DNA of 63,867 bases, the filler included, from Octopus bimaculoides (lineage: Eukaryota): assembly GCF_001194135.2 (NCBI RefSeq). It is 5 parts of 3 records of this genome, joined end to end, with 100 filler letters (N's around TTAATTAATTAA, not from the genome) between each part and the next. Parts side by side here need not be neighbours in the genome. Positions count along the whole stretch, not along the records: positions 1 to 23,673 come from NC_068982.1; 4 more parts are not named here. The stretch is one strand, 5' to 3'. The notes beneath the pieces were generated by a model. It did not search any database and had not been told where the DNA came from. It saw only the letters and a list, made by a program, of their open reading frames with translations. The position numbers were made by a program, and so were the translations under genes. Positions 1-13,000 of this stretch are shown piece by piece. Each line of letters opens with the position of its first letter. Position 1 is the stretch's first letter.

Positions 1-253
1 ATTCCTATCATAGTAGGTGCCTTAGGTATAATAAAAAAATATTCAGACAAATACATAACAAAAACACCAGGACTTACAAATATATATAACATACAGAAAA
101 TTGCACTACTGGGCACTGCACACATCCTACGCAAAACACTTTCAATACAGTAACCATAAGAGCACCACAGCAAACCACAGCACATACCCAAGGCACACAG
201 AGCTGCGCTCGGTAGTGAAGTGAAAGCACGTTATAAAAATAAAACTACTGAAC

Positions 254-326
<73 letters not shown>
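1..326 (+). mobile_element. 3' end of an RLE-type non-LTR retrotransposon (R4/Dong/Rex6-like): C-terminal ORF end, 3' UTR and (AAT)n tail
   Basis: Frame 1 (1-153) reads IPIIVGALGIIKKYSDKYITKTPGLTNIYNIQKIALLGTAHILRKTLSIQ*, matching the 'PxxxGALG...QKxxLLGTAxILR' terminus of restriction-like-endonuclease LINEs. A roughly 100-nt UTR and (AAT)n at 254-326 follow. Confidence 0.8.
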
Positions 327-940
327 GTGGTATAATAAATACCGTTACTAGTGATACTATAGACAACGCATCAATATAGCAACGTGAATATAACATACTT
401 CTGCTTACTGTCAACAAGCAAGTTAGAAGTTCATGTTGGTGTTATGCTTACTGTTGCACCATCTTTAGTGCAATTAAAGATAAAACTGCGGAGAAATGAA
501 ACTGTCTGCTGAGTACTTTCTAGAGTTTGGCTCGGATCTTTTTCTCGTGATATTTCTAATGTGAGAGTAATTTATTCATCGGAACTGAAATTGTTTTACT
601 AAATAACATTGTCATGCTCCAAAGTCTATTATTACGAAATCCAAAAATACAATCTACATTAGAATATATGGGATATAAAACACCAAGAGACAGGCTAGAA
701 ATATTAATAATATTTACACTATCGAAATCAATAGTTATGAAACCGACAATCATCGGCTAGACACGTTTGGGGAAAGGTTATAATAATTATATTAAGGAAA
801 CCAAATATAGCAAAGGTCTTTAACACTGTTTTCATATATATATATATATATATATATACATATGCATACATACTTATATATATGCATATGTATATAGAGA
901 TATCATATGAATATATATATTGTGAGATTTTTTTGTGGTG

Positions 941-1251
941 GCACTAAGTCAGTTACAACGACGAAGGTTTTCAATTGAACCAACCAATCGAACAGTCTGC
1001 TCCGGAAATAATCATGGAAGTGGCTGAGTACTCCACATACACGCTTACCCTTAACGTAGTTCTGAGAGAAATGCAGCGTGACACAGAATCTGACAAGGCT
1101 GACCATTTGAATTACAGGCAGAACTCATCTTTGCCCGCTGAGTGAATTAGCGAAAAGTGAAATAAAGTGTGTTGCTCAAGAAGACAACGAGCAACCGGGA
1201 ATTGAACTCACTACCTAAAGATTCTGAGATGAGTACCTTAGGCACAATGCC
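941..1251 (-). mobile_element. tRNA-derived SINE, family A (V/Meta-like central domain, tail type 1)
   Basis: Degenerate tRNA head at the right end, 'gtgttgctcaag...cccgctgagtg' body, and a tail shared with the copies at 28541 and 46312. Confidence 0.75.
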
Positions 1252-2669
1252 GGCTACCTTCCCAAACTGTCTGGTCAAAAACTGTCGGTAAGCCAATGAC
1301 ATAGACAAAGCTTGTATAGATAAATGACGAAGAGACGGATGATGCCCAGTGCAGTTTATTAACCAATGTATCTAATGCACTTGGCCCTTTCCCGAAACAA
1401 AGCGGAATTTGCAAGATGATTGCTGCTATACAGCTCGAGTCTGTAGTATCAAAGGCTGGTTATTTTACTATATTTAAGTCCATTAATGACAGGAATGGAA
1501 TAGGTTCTTTGTCATCGGGTACGTTCCAGCTGTTAGAAGTTATCTGCTATAATGAATTCGCCAAATGAAACCAGGGAAAAATTTAACATTTCGCCATTTG
1601 AATGGAGAGTGGAAATAGGAATTGGTCAAGCAGGTAATTGTGCGATTCTTCTGAAAATATGCACTCATGATCGTTCAAACACACACATACATGCGCCTGA
1701 AAATATGTATATACACACGCATATGTATATACATAGACGTACGTATTTATAGATATACATTTATACATACGCATATAAGTATGTCGCATGCACACACATA
1801 TAGATATATATATATATATACTTCCACATATATGGACACACATATATGTACATATGTGTGAGTGTGTGCGCGCGTATTTGTGTTAATATAGTTATGATAG
1901 TTGTTGCTTCTTTTTAAGATATTTTCATCGCTTCAGGAGTCGTGGACACGTAAGCGAATTTTTAAGCACGGTCCCATAGCAGCGTATTTTCGTACAAACA
2001 CCACTCGTCTCTGAACACGAACACTGGGCTTTTTAATCTTGTCAATGATGAGAATTACGATGCTTGATCGAACCATTTTGAGAACAAGTTTTTCTACAGA
2101 CACGCCAGATATGTTTATCTAGCCTCTGTTGCACATCATCATTACCCCTATGTTTCTCTCTTACGAGTTGTAATATTTTGTGATTAACCCCACCAATCTA
2201 TAGAAAGCAGTTTGTGTGTGTGCATGCACGTCTGTGGGTATAAACATATATATATATATGGATGGATGTGTGCACATTTGTATGTATGCATGTAATCTGC
2301 ATATCCATGTGCTTGCATTTTCATGTTTGTGTGTGTGTGTGTGTGTGTGTTTGTATTCACGTTTGTTTCTATGTGTCTGTGTCTGTATATGTGTGTGTCT
2401 ATTGGTGTGTGTACCTCTGTCTCCTTGTGTGTGCATATTTGAGTGTGTTTGTGTATAGGTTTATATGTATGCGCGTTTGTTATGTATGGATGTGTGTCTC
2501 CATATGTGCGCTGGTGTGAAGTGTGCGTATGTGTATATGGCCATGCGTTTCAGGCTTCATTCTTATATATGTACGTATATATGTGTGTATGTGTGTGTTT
2601 GTGCCCGTCTGTCTATATTACCTATGTACCTATCTATATATCTACCTGTCGATATGCGTATTCATTTAC

Positions 2670-2724
<55 letters not shown>

Positions 2725-2844
2725 CATACATATAAATATTTACTAACACACGCGCATATACAGACACACACGACTATATAACGGCCTACTAACAACACCG
2801 TCTATGTATATATAAGTTGTGGGTATTGGGGTATGACACCTTTA

Positions 2845-3344
2845 TGTATATTTCCTAGTTAGCACTAAGGATGTTCCATTAATGATGACATACTTTTTGT
2901 ACTTTTCTGAGTGTTGCGTCCTTCAAGTTCTTGGATAAATTGCGGATGTCAAGTTGACATGGTGCCTCCATGGTGGTCCTTGGCATGTTCATAGAGTATG
3001 AAGGATTGTTTTTTGTCGTCATATTGTCTCAGATGTTCATTTAGTCCCTCCGCAATGGTCCTAGATGTTTCACCTATGTATATTATGTTCTTGTCTATAC
3101 AAGCAATTTCTGTGCACCATATGCTGTAGACTACATTTCTAGTTCTACAGTTAATGCCATGGTTAATCTTACATACCATGCAGTTATCATTGGTGCATGT
3201 GGTATTCTCAAAGGGGTAAGTCCTACATAGCTGTGATCTGATGGAGCTCCCTGATTTTTCAATGAACTTAATGTTGGGTTTAGCCTACTTCAGAGTTTTC
3301 CTAAATATTGGGGCTAGTTCTCCATGGCTGTGGCCGCTACAAAC
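2845..3344 (-). mobile_element. Penelope-like element fragment: linker plus GIY-YIG endonuclease, degenerate
   Basis: Minus translation with one stop and frameshifts gives FVAAT/HGELAPIFRKTLK*AKPNIKFIEKSGSSIRSQLCRTYPFENTTCTNDNCMVCKINHGINCRTRNVVYSIWC...IYIGETSRTIAEGLNEH...YEHAKDHHGG...KDATLRKV. This contains the Cys motif and the 'NVVY..C...YIGET' GIY-YIG signature. Confidence 0.9.
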
Positions 3345-3545
3345 TTCACACCTTCATATTTCTTTTACTTCCGACACATGTTTCGAAGATAACATTTTAA
3401 TAGAATATCTGTTAATATATCTTATTAACGAGTTTCATTTCTTCATTTCCCTGAAGAGAAGATTACGCCATTTTATTCCTTTAGAATAATACCAGTGATA
3501 TCTTCGAGACATGTGTCGGAAGTAAAAGAAATATGAAGGTGTGAA
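3345..3545. repeat. Inverted repeat with 47-bp arms (3345-3391 / 3499-3545), PLE pseudo-LTR-like
   Basis: ttcacaccttcatatttcttttacttccgacacatgtttcgaagata is the reverse complement of 3499-3545 with 1 mismatch. Confidence 0.9.
3447..3521 (+). ncRNA. Type I hammerhead ribozyme motif (PLE-associated)
   Basis: Stem I TTCC/GGAA, core CTGAAGA, stem II GAAGAT/ATCTTC, then GAGAC (GAAAC in the inverted copy), quasi-palindromic stem III ACATGTGT and a GTC cleavage triplet. Confidence 0.7.
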
Positions 3546-3565
3546 CTCCAGTTATTTATTTATAT

Positions 3566-3646
<81 letters not shown>

Positions 3647-3980
3647 NNNNNNNNNNNNNNNNNNNNNNNNNNNNNNNNNNNNNNNNNNNNNNNNNNNNNN
3701 NNNNNNNNNNNNNNNNNNNNNNNNNNNNNNNNNNNNNNNNNNNNNNNNNNNNNNNNNNNNNNNNATATATAGTACATATGCGTACGTATACTGATGCACC
3801 TATATCCACATAAATATGGATCTGATGAATGTTAGACAAAACATTGGTCACACTGGAATAGGATATTTGAGTAAAAATGTGAAAAGAGTAGACTCAGACG
3901 CACTTATGCTTTAAAAAGTGCGGATAAAATAGATGATTTAGCTTTGAAAAAACATGTGTAAGCGAAATAATAGCACTTAC

Positions 3981-4242
3981 TCCGTCACCACTTAATTTTT
4001 TTGAATTCTGTGCTAGAATTTAGTGACCACAGTAAACTGTTATATCGGCCGATAGATGTTTTGGCCACCATGGCGGAGGTCTGTTGTTGATGAAAGGCAA
4101 AACACAGAAATCACCGAAATAGAACTCTTCCGCCATTGCCAGTGGAAATTCCTCGTCTGCTACTGATACTATCATGCGTTGACGTATTATACGCCAATAG
4201 AAGAGACTCTCATTGGATGAGTACAGTAGTATTTCGTAGCTC
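3981..4242 (-). other. Candidate spliced exon, unknown gene or lncRNA
   Basis: Locally GC/CpG-richer island bounded by a ...cattatag| acceptor and a GGA|GTAAGT donor. No frame stays open across it. Confidence 0.25.
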
Positions 4243-6485
4243 CTATAATGCATTCACGTTAAATAAAATATAAAGGTTGCCATTTAGCAATAGTAATTGT
4301 TCGGTGATTGTTACAATCTGCCAGATAGTTTCCTAGTTCTCGTCTAACAATCTGCCCATGTGAAATGTTTAGCCAAGCGTTCATAAAATTCTCAATACGC
4401 ATCAGTAACCTCTGAGTACAGCAGACCACTTTTCATACTATTAAAAATTATATACAGAGAATGAGTAAAGGAAATTGCATTGTTTTAGATCATGCGGTGA
4501 GTTATGATACACTAGAAAAATCAGAACAACATGACACTTAGAGATATGGTATCAAGTCCATCCTCTCAGACTATATTTATATTAATGCCGTGTGAAACAA
4601 CATTCCACATCTTTGTCATAGAAGTTTGATTTTGTTCAAATACAAGGTAAGGCAATACGTTGTACATAAACCAGAACACGAAATTTGATCTAAGAACGTG
4701 TGAAAAATGATGATTAGCACGGTGTTGCTGTAAATGTGAATATAGATGAACAGCAGTTTGAAAGTCAACAATATTAATAATAGATATTTAAGAATAGCAA
4801 TGCAATCTAAACGGCATTGAGAAATCATTAAATTGCTTTTATTCTGACATGTATTCGCAATGTTCATCCGGTCATAACAAGTAATCAATATCGCCATTAC
4901 GGACGTTTACATATTAGATGGCATTTAAAATGGGAGAATGATTTCTGCAATTAATAGACTCTGAGATATGTTAATAGTAACCGACAAAACGTGCACGTGC
5001 AATATATTTCAATGAATTTCGAAGCAATCATTGATAACACTTATCTTAAACTTTGTGATTATTTGCGTTCATTTTACTCATTTATTTCCGCTCTTTTAAT
5101 CAAGACATGGCACGAAAGATTGAATGTTTTCTAGTGGCTATATAGTACTTACGCAGATTTATGCGGTGAATGTCAAAACAATATATTTATTAAAGTTAAT
5201 TTTAGAAAGATGCATCTGTATGTTTCTTGTTTCATTCTCTTTCATATCTGCTGACGTTGCATCAGCTTTCAAAGTTATCGGCTTTCTCTTAAATTGGGAT
5301 ATTTCACCTGCTTGAAAAAGATCAGGATTCGAATACAAAGCTTCAAAAAGCAGTTCAGTAATGAGGTCATTATGTGCAGAATTGGTCTGCTCCCTATTTG
5401 TATATATACTGAAAAATATGTAAAAGTAACTCAGTCAAATTTTGCCATCATTTTGTTTCGTATCTTCACTTAAAAAAGAAAAGGAATTTAATGTCAAAGA
5501 TTGAATCATGAATTTTAAGAGTACAGATGTTTTTAAAAGACAACACACTTTGTTAGACTGAAGACTTTCTAAATTGATTACAGTTATGAAGTAACTCGTA
5601 GAGAGTAGACTAAATGTCATATTAATCCACGCTTTGAAAGATGTTTCTTTAAATACCACCACGAGTGACAATAATAGATCTTGCAGCTTTACTGCGTCAC
5701 TTTTCGCTTATATAAGCAAATTCTAATATTGTTCTATTGTAAATTATGTATTCTCCAAAACTTTCAACACCGGAAAAGAGAAATAAACATTCTATAAGCG
5801 AGTAGAGTGATTCATTTCAAAATACTGTTATTATATGTTAAGAATTTTGCGGTGCGATGTGGTGGGAGACATGTTAGCATACTTGACAAAAATGATTAAT
5901 AACATTTATTCCAGCTTAGTTCTGAATTTTGATGGTTTATGGGTCAATGCAGTACGTAACCTTTAAGCAAGTTGGTCAATGTAATCGACTAGCCTCTTCT
6001 GCAAAATGTCAGGCTTTCTGCTTACTGTAGAAACGATCGCATGCATTTGTAAAAATGGTAAGTTCAGATAGAATGAATTTTGCACAATCACGCATTCTCC
6101 TTAAAGCATACAGTTTGAAATTAAGTAAAAGAAACTAATAATACAGGTAGAAGAACTTTGGTGAGGCTGACTCTGCGCTTTAAACCATGTTACGTAGCTG
6201 GTGGGTGTTCTAGGTTCAGTTTACTTAACTACTTGTATTTTCGATGAAAACTGCTCTGTGAGTCGATTAAGGATTAGATTTGCTTCCTACCCGTAATGCT
6301 TATATTTAATTCTGCTACTCTCTCACCTCCTTTCCTTTTCTCTTCCAGCAGTCTCCTCCCATTTATGTTGGCTTCTTCAAGTTATAAGTACTTAGCATCT
6401 AATAATCCTACGATTAAAAAATTACACTAAAAGGAAATATTTCATATTCTATATATGCCAGACAGGTTTCGGGATATATATCTAC

Positions 6486-6550
<65 letters not shown>

Positions 6551-9266
6551 GAGAGAGACAGTGAGAGAGAGACAGTGCGAGAGAGACAGTGAGATAGGAG
6601 GATAGTTATTGATGAAGGATTATCAATGCAGGCAAAATACATTTTAAAGCTCTCTGTTTATACAAATACACCAGGCTAGCAAAACTTTTTAGATGGCTGA
6701 AGACTCCTACGTATGGCAGGATTCTTAGGTTATATTTCATCACCATTCTTCATTGTAAATCCATGATTGTATTCACAGTGATACAAGTCTTTCACACTGA
6801 GTGATGCACAAGACAAAGTGTAAATAATGGCGATTACACATTGCTTAGTTGTTGCAAATTTGCAACAAGGAATATATAAAGATCATTATTTACATCTTCT
6901 CTTATATCCATATGTATGTTTTTGTGTGTATGTGTGCATCTATTCAGTCCGTTATCCTTTCAGAAATTATTAAAATTACTCCTACGGCACACAACTGAAT
7001 TTGCTAGACGTATCGGCAATAGATTCGAATAATGCCCTCAGTTCTCTACTTAATCAGAAGTACATGATTTTAGTTAGGATTCTATAAATTTTGTTGATGT
7101 AGTTGTATTTTTCAAGTTAGATCCTGAGTAATTTAAACCTTTTTGAAAAATGTACGATCTCAGTACATTGTATAGATATACTCTTAGATGTTCTTATGAG
7201 TTTATAAGATGACTTTTCCTATAAATTGATATCTTTATATGTATATTTCACACGAATCAGAATATATTACATAGATGCATGTGTACAGAAACGCGTAGAA
7301 CACTGAAATGAATAATATTTAAGCAAAGTTACTGAGAACACACTATCATCTACATCTAACAATGCACCTCTAAATATCAAATACGTCATTCTGTTTTCAT
7401 CGCGATATAATAAAACGTGATCTCTTACTTATATCCCAAGGGTTATTAATCTCAATAGAATATATAATTGACGATGAAGAAATAAGAACTGAAATTTCAG
7501 AAGCAGTTTCAAATCGGAAATTTAAGCTACTGGATATTAAATCTGAGCCAAATGCGATTACGATAAACACTTCTGTATTCTGTTAAAGACCAATTTTTTT
7601 TAGATAAATATGAAGCGATAGTGTTTTTTCCGTACATTAGAATTTTTAGATGAAAAAGGAAATGCACCCTAAATGATATGCTAACTATATTATATTGAGT
7701 TCCTGATTTACAATCAAAGTATTTGAACGTCGAATATATTTCTCTTCTAATGTTACGTATTTTGGGGAGTTCTGTTAATGGACAGGGAGTTGTCAAGGTC
7801 GGGCGCACAACCTTTGAAAGTATAATGCTTTACATTATACCAGCTATATTCATCAAACAAAAAATATTTGCTGCAAAACTCAAAATTCAGGTCTAATATA
7901 AAGCTGCTTTTACATGCCTTCTGCCGTTGAAATCCACTTTAGCAGAAAGGAAAAAAAAAGACAGAATACGTGAGTTATCATGAATACTCTGCATTATTTG
8001 AATATTGTGATTATTATTTTTTATTATTATTAATAGCACGTCAATGGCTATATAGAACAAGGTAGGAGAATGAATTTTCAGCTATGATTAGCGTGTAAAG
8101 ATCACGAATGACGATTACATTCGAGCTGTATAAAAGAAAGATGGATTCCGATACAATAGAAAACACACTGAATAAAACAGCCAATGGAAACAGAACAACT
8201 ACTTAGAGTTTATCGGATGAAACATGTCAACATAAATGGATATTTTGAGCAGAGCAAAACCATTATCGAGCTTATAAATATATGAAACTCCATTGCTAGA
8301 TATGACAAAAAATATGTATAAACTTAGGTTGATAACTGTATTTATAAATTTGTGATGTGTAACATTGATAACACACCACAAATGTAATAAAATGTATGTT
8401 TGATTTATTGTATTTTACTGAAAAACATTTTCCGCTTTCCATCGATCCTGAAAAAGGAAGTTCTTTTTGTGAGTTGATATCAGAACACAGGTAAATGAAG
8501 GAAAATTCCCTAATTTCATAGTCAGGCCTATATCAGGAATTTCAAAGTCATCTAACATTAATGCATAAACTGAATCAGTTTAAGAAACCAAGAACATATT
8601 CTGTTGAAAGCCGTTTCATGCAGATACGAAACCATAGCATTTTTCCGTTAGAATTATCAGGTTATATCCACTGATGATGGTACAATCCTATAAATTGAAT
8701 AATAAGGATGGCATGCATTGAAGCAGAGTGATACAATATCGAGAGTGCGTTAAAGACAAACGAAGCAAATCATAGAAGATCACAGGTACACATTTATCGA
8801 TTTCCGAATAATCGAAACGTTAAAAATCAACACTACGCCCCACTCATGGAAATGTACACTTTTATCCGGAAGTTAGCGTAAGGAAAATATCATGAGCACT
8901 GGAGATGGTAAATCTGTAGACTCTGCGATTATAAATAAAATGAAGCAAACGAGGTCGACGTTTCAGTGATGTTGGGCATCGGGAGTTCATAATTCGACTG
9001 ATATTCTAACTGGTTAATCTTCAGAAAACGATTAAAAAGTATATCTTGAAGTGTATGGTTAAGTATATACACATACATACACAAACGCAAACACACACAC
9101 ACATACACACAAACATACACACACACACACACAAACAAACGCACACAATATTTATAAGTATAAAAAGATTGCAACTGAGAGAACAAAGGTTGCGTAATGA
9201 ACATCCCCAAGTACAACGACATCTGTTTCAACACATGATTTCACATCAAAAATCTTGCAAAACAAA

Positions 9267-9337
<71 letters not shown>

Positions 9338-9569
9338 CATATGTTAGAGACAGGTGTTCTCTATATAGAATACTATATAGAATACACTTCGAAGTGCTCA
9401 ATAGATTTGAACTTGAGCCGGTAGATGAGTAAGTGTCATGAGAAGCAAGTTCGGCAAGTCGATTTACACAGAATATTAAATACATTTAATAGAAAAAATG
9501 TACATGTGTATGCATATAAAATAGTCCGACTTACAGAATATAAATGAAATCAGGATTTAAATAGGTAGA

Positions 9570-10030
9570 GCTTTACCCGTTTAGTCCAACAGCTGTTTCT
9601 AGGGACTTAATGGTCCGGAATAATGATAGTTACTTGGATAATCCCGCCTTCGTCTTCAGGGGAGAATTTCACATTGGGGAATTTTAAATTTGTGGTGTTA
9701 GCAGGCTCAGTTTAAAGATGGAATGATTTTGTGCAGAATTAAGTGTGTTAGGAAGAGGAGATGGGAGTCATTGGATAGAGAGTAGTGAGAGGAGAAAATA
9801 GATTTCAGAGTTAGGGTTAATAATGTGGCCAGTGATAGTAGTAGAGGCGGAAGTTACGAAAAAGGGGAAGGTTGGTTTAGGTAGAATGTGAGTGGTGACC
9901 TTTGTGATAGTTTGTATGAAGGCTATAGAGGGTTGAGATATGAAGAAGGGCTTTTTATTAATTGGTGGAAATTAATTGGCTGGTTCATTAGCTAAGGGGA
10001 GTCTATTCATGGAACCCGTATCATTTTGAA
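9570..10030 (-). mobile_element. Probable PLE pseudo-LTR fragment with a degenerate HHR-like motif
   Basis: The minus strand has CTGAAGA...GAAACAGCTGTT (palindromic stem III) at about 9585-9664, preceded by pyrimidine-rich pLTR-like sequence. Confidence 0.45.
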
Positions 10031-13000
10031 ATGTTTAAAAACTAATTTTTATTTTTTATACTTATGCGCACTTGAATTCAGGTTCATAATCGAATAGGAA
10101 TTTGGACTATTGTACATAGTAAAAGAAACTGCGTCATCCATACTACTCAAACACGGAATTCACTTAGCAACAACAACAACAACAACGACGACGAATGCTT
10201 TATTTTTAATGAAGTTAAATCTGCGTCATCAGTCATTTGTCTGGAAAATTTAATTTGTGGTGTATTAAATCACCATTCTAGCAAAAAAAGAATATTTCAG
10301 CACAATGAGTATGAACTGGTTTTAAGCAGGATATTTTTCTGTGAATATTTTAAAGAGTGTAACCCATCCATATAATTTGTAACACAGGATATGTAGTTTC
10401 TGTGCCTGTGGTACAGGTTTGTTTAGCGAATTCCATAGAATAACTGGGAAAAAAATTATTACCTGGTATTATTATCTAATGTCAGATTTTCTTCTTTCGT
10501 TTAAGGTGAGATTGCCTTCAGCTTATTCCTCAATTTACTGACGTTGGAATTTGGAATCTATTTGCATAGAGGTGTGTTTAAAATATGAATCACTGAAAAC
10601 GGCAGCCATTGCCTTAATTTATTTACGAACTGAAATTATTATTTTATTCAAATCAAATATGGTAGTCTATGTTTATCCGAATCCTAATCTTTTAAGTAAA
10701 AGGCATTTGGTAATGCATTGGAAGTCATCGATAATTTTCAACCGCCTGAATATGCAACAAAATTATTTTTCAGTAAATTTAAACCACTTATATAATATAT
10801 TAGTGCATTGTTAAAACTGTTTGCCTAATTCTAGCGATTTTGAATTTCACGTTAAACCTCATGCCTACCCCCGTTCAGTTGGGTCCATTTCCATGTATTA
10901 TCCAGCATATAGGAAGGTCTATGTATGATCACTTAATGCTTATTCTGTATTCCATTGGTCTCAGCCGTCTACACAAACACTGGCGTCAAACCCATACATT
11001 TCGTGAAATCTTCGCCTTTAGGTGTTGTAGGTAAAGTATTCCTTGTAGTATTGGTCTATTTTGTTTTCAAGATGTCCTTTTTCCGACCATATTTTGTTTC
11101 CAGTTTTCAACAATGTAGTGTCATCTCATTTATTATATTACTAAAGTTACCATGTTCTAAAGGAAGAAAGGATTTATTTTGTGTTTTATTCAAATCCCTA
11201 TATCATCCAAAATTTATAATAAGTGATTTCACTGTAAAAGGAACATCATTGAAGACGCAAACTCATGAAACTTTAGTGGACGTAATGCCGCTTAGCATTT
11301 TGCATGGCGTGCTAACCATTCTCTCAGTTGGCTGCCTTGAACATAGGATTAATATTAAATAAAAGACAGAGTTTATTTTAAATGTGGCCCATACAACAGT
11401 CAGGCAGCGTCTGCATGGTCACTGGGCCTCATAAAATGGCATTGCAATGCCCTAAAATTACACACATACACTCTTTCTGAAAGTTAAAGAAAATGTTGCT
11501 ATAATCATATATATATACCAATGTAGAGAAATTAGGCTCTTCTCAAAACCGGAAAGGAGAAAGCTAATTCGAAGACCACAGATCCAATCCATCACCGAAA
11601 CTGTATAAATCGATAAAATTTTCCAGAAGTTTATCATTTAAATATATATGAGCATTTTTAGATATGTAACTATATGCATGAGATCACGTACATAAAGCAT
11701 AGAAATCTGCACATACATACATGCATGCATACATATACATACATACATACATACATACATACATACATTCATACATACATACATACAAACATACATACAT
11801 ACATACATACATGCATACATACATACATACATACATACTTACATATATATATACTTACAAAAATACCCCCTTGTTGATGTTGAAATTCCAATGAACGAAT
11901 CTTGGATCTAGCTTAGAAACCGGTTCTTTGTCTATTGGGAAAATTCTTGAAATAAACTGAATAATGACATACATACATACACACAAACACACATACATAC
12001 ACACTCACACACTGAAGGACCGTTTGATGTCTATAGCGCGTTGGATGAGAATTTGTCTCACGAGTGATAACTTGAGTTTCAACAAAACAAAAATTTATTA
12101 AATTTTGATGAGCTATTATTCCTCGCGTAATTTCTCAATTGACTTTTGATGATTTTACACAGCTATATGATGACATTAAATAGAATAGTAAAATAATTAG
12201 ATTTCTTTCAAAATTGATATCATTAGAAATAAACATTATCAAATATTACCATTTTCGGGTAAATAGTGACTAATTATCTTTCGAAATTGGTTATTTCTTT
12301 ATGGATGTCGGTCCGTTATAAAATGAAATAAATATATTGCATATACATTAAATACTTCATTTTGTTTACAAATGTACTTGTGTATATCTTATAGCTTCAG
12401 CACAGTTATACGATATTTATTTTTTATATCCCTGTCTTACCCAGCTGTTTACTTTATTTTTATTTTTTGCGACTTCCTTTCCATAAAAAGACAACTATAT
12501 TAGATTTTTTAGGAAACAAGTATAGCTTTATTAGTTTTTGTTTCTGAAGAATCTAAACAAAGCAGTAAAAAATATGAAACACAAAAGTTAGATGGAATCG
12601 CTCTTAGAAAGACAGCTTTTACGTTAGCTAATAATACGGTTTACTGCTGCCACCACAAATATCATGTAATTAACGATTATAAATAAATCTCTTTTGTTTA
12701 AACTTTTCTTATATATAAGATCGGAAGANNNNNNNNNNNNNNNNNNNNNNNNNNNNNNNNNNNNNNNNNNNNNNNNNNNNNNNNNNNTATATATATATTG
12801 TTATTGTGTATTTTATGGTTTTATTTTTTAGTCTGTATAGATTGCTTGATCATTTATTATTTGTATTTACCGTCTTTGTATGCAGTTAATATTATCACTA
12901 GGTAGATAGCAGGGAGCTGTACTGTTTTTGATGAAAAAGTATTTAACGACACATCAGTAACGCACTTCAGAATTGTATGAACAACACAATGCCGAGTATC

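Noticed and set aside
4616-4960. GPCR TM3-like TSVMAILITCYDR
   Set aside because: A single motif in a stop-interrupted AT-rich frame. Hydrophobic translations are expected by chance in such DNA.
5435-5440. Selenocysteine or editing-dependent read-through to explain single in-frame stops in several segments
   Set aside because: No SECIS was recognised, the stops are of mixed type, and pseudogenisation or chance explains them more simply.
10400-11160. Protein-like minus-strand fragments (also 15000-15680)
   Set aside because: Stops in all frames every 15-35 codons and no recognisable motif, so it cannot be distinguished from AT-rich background or very old TE.
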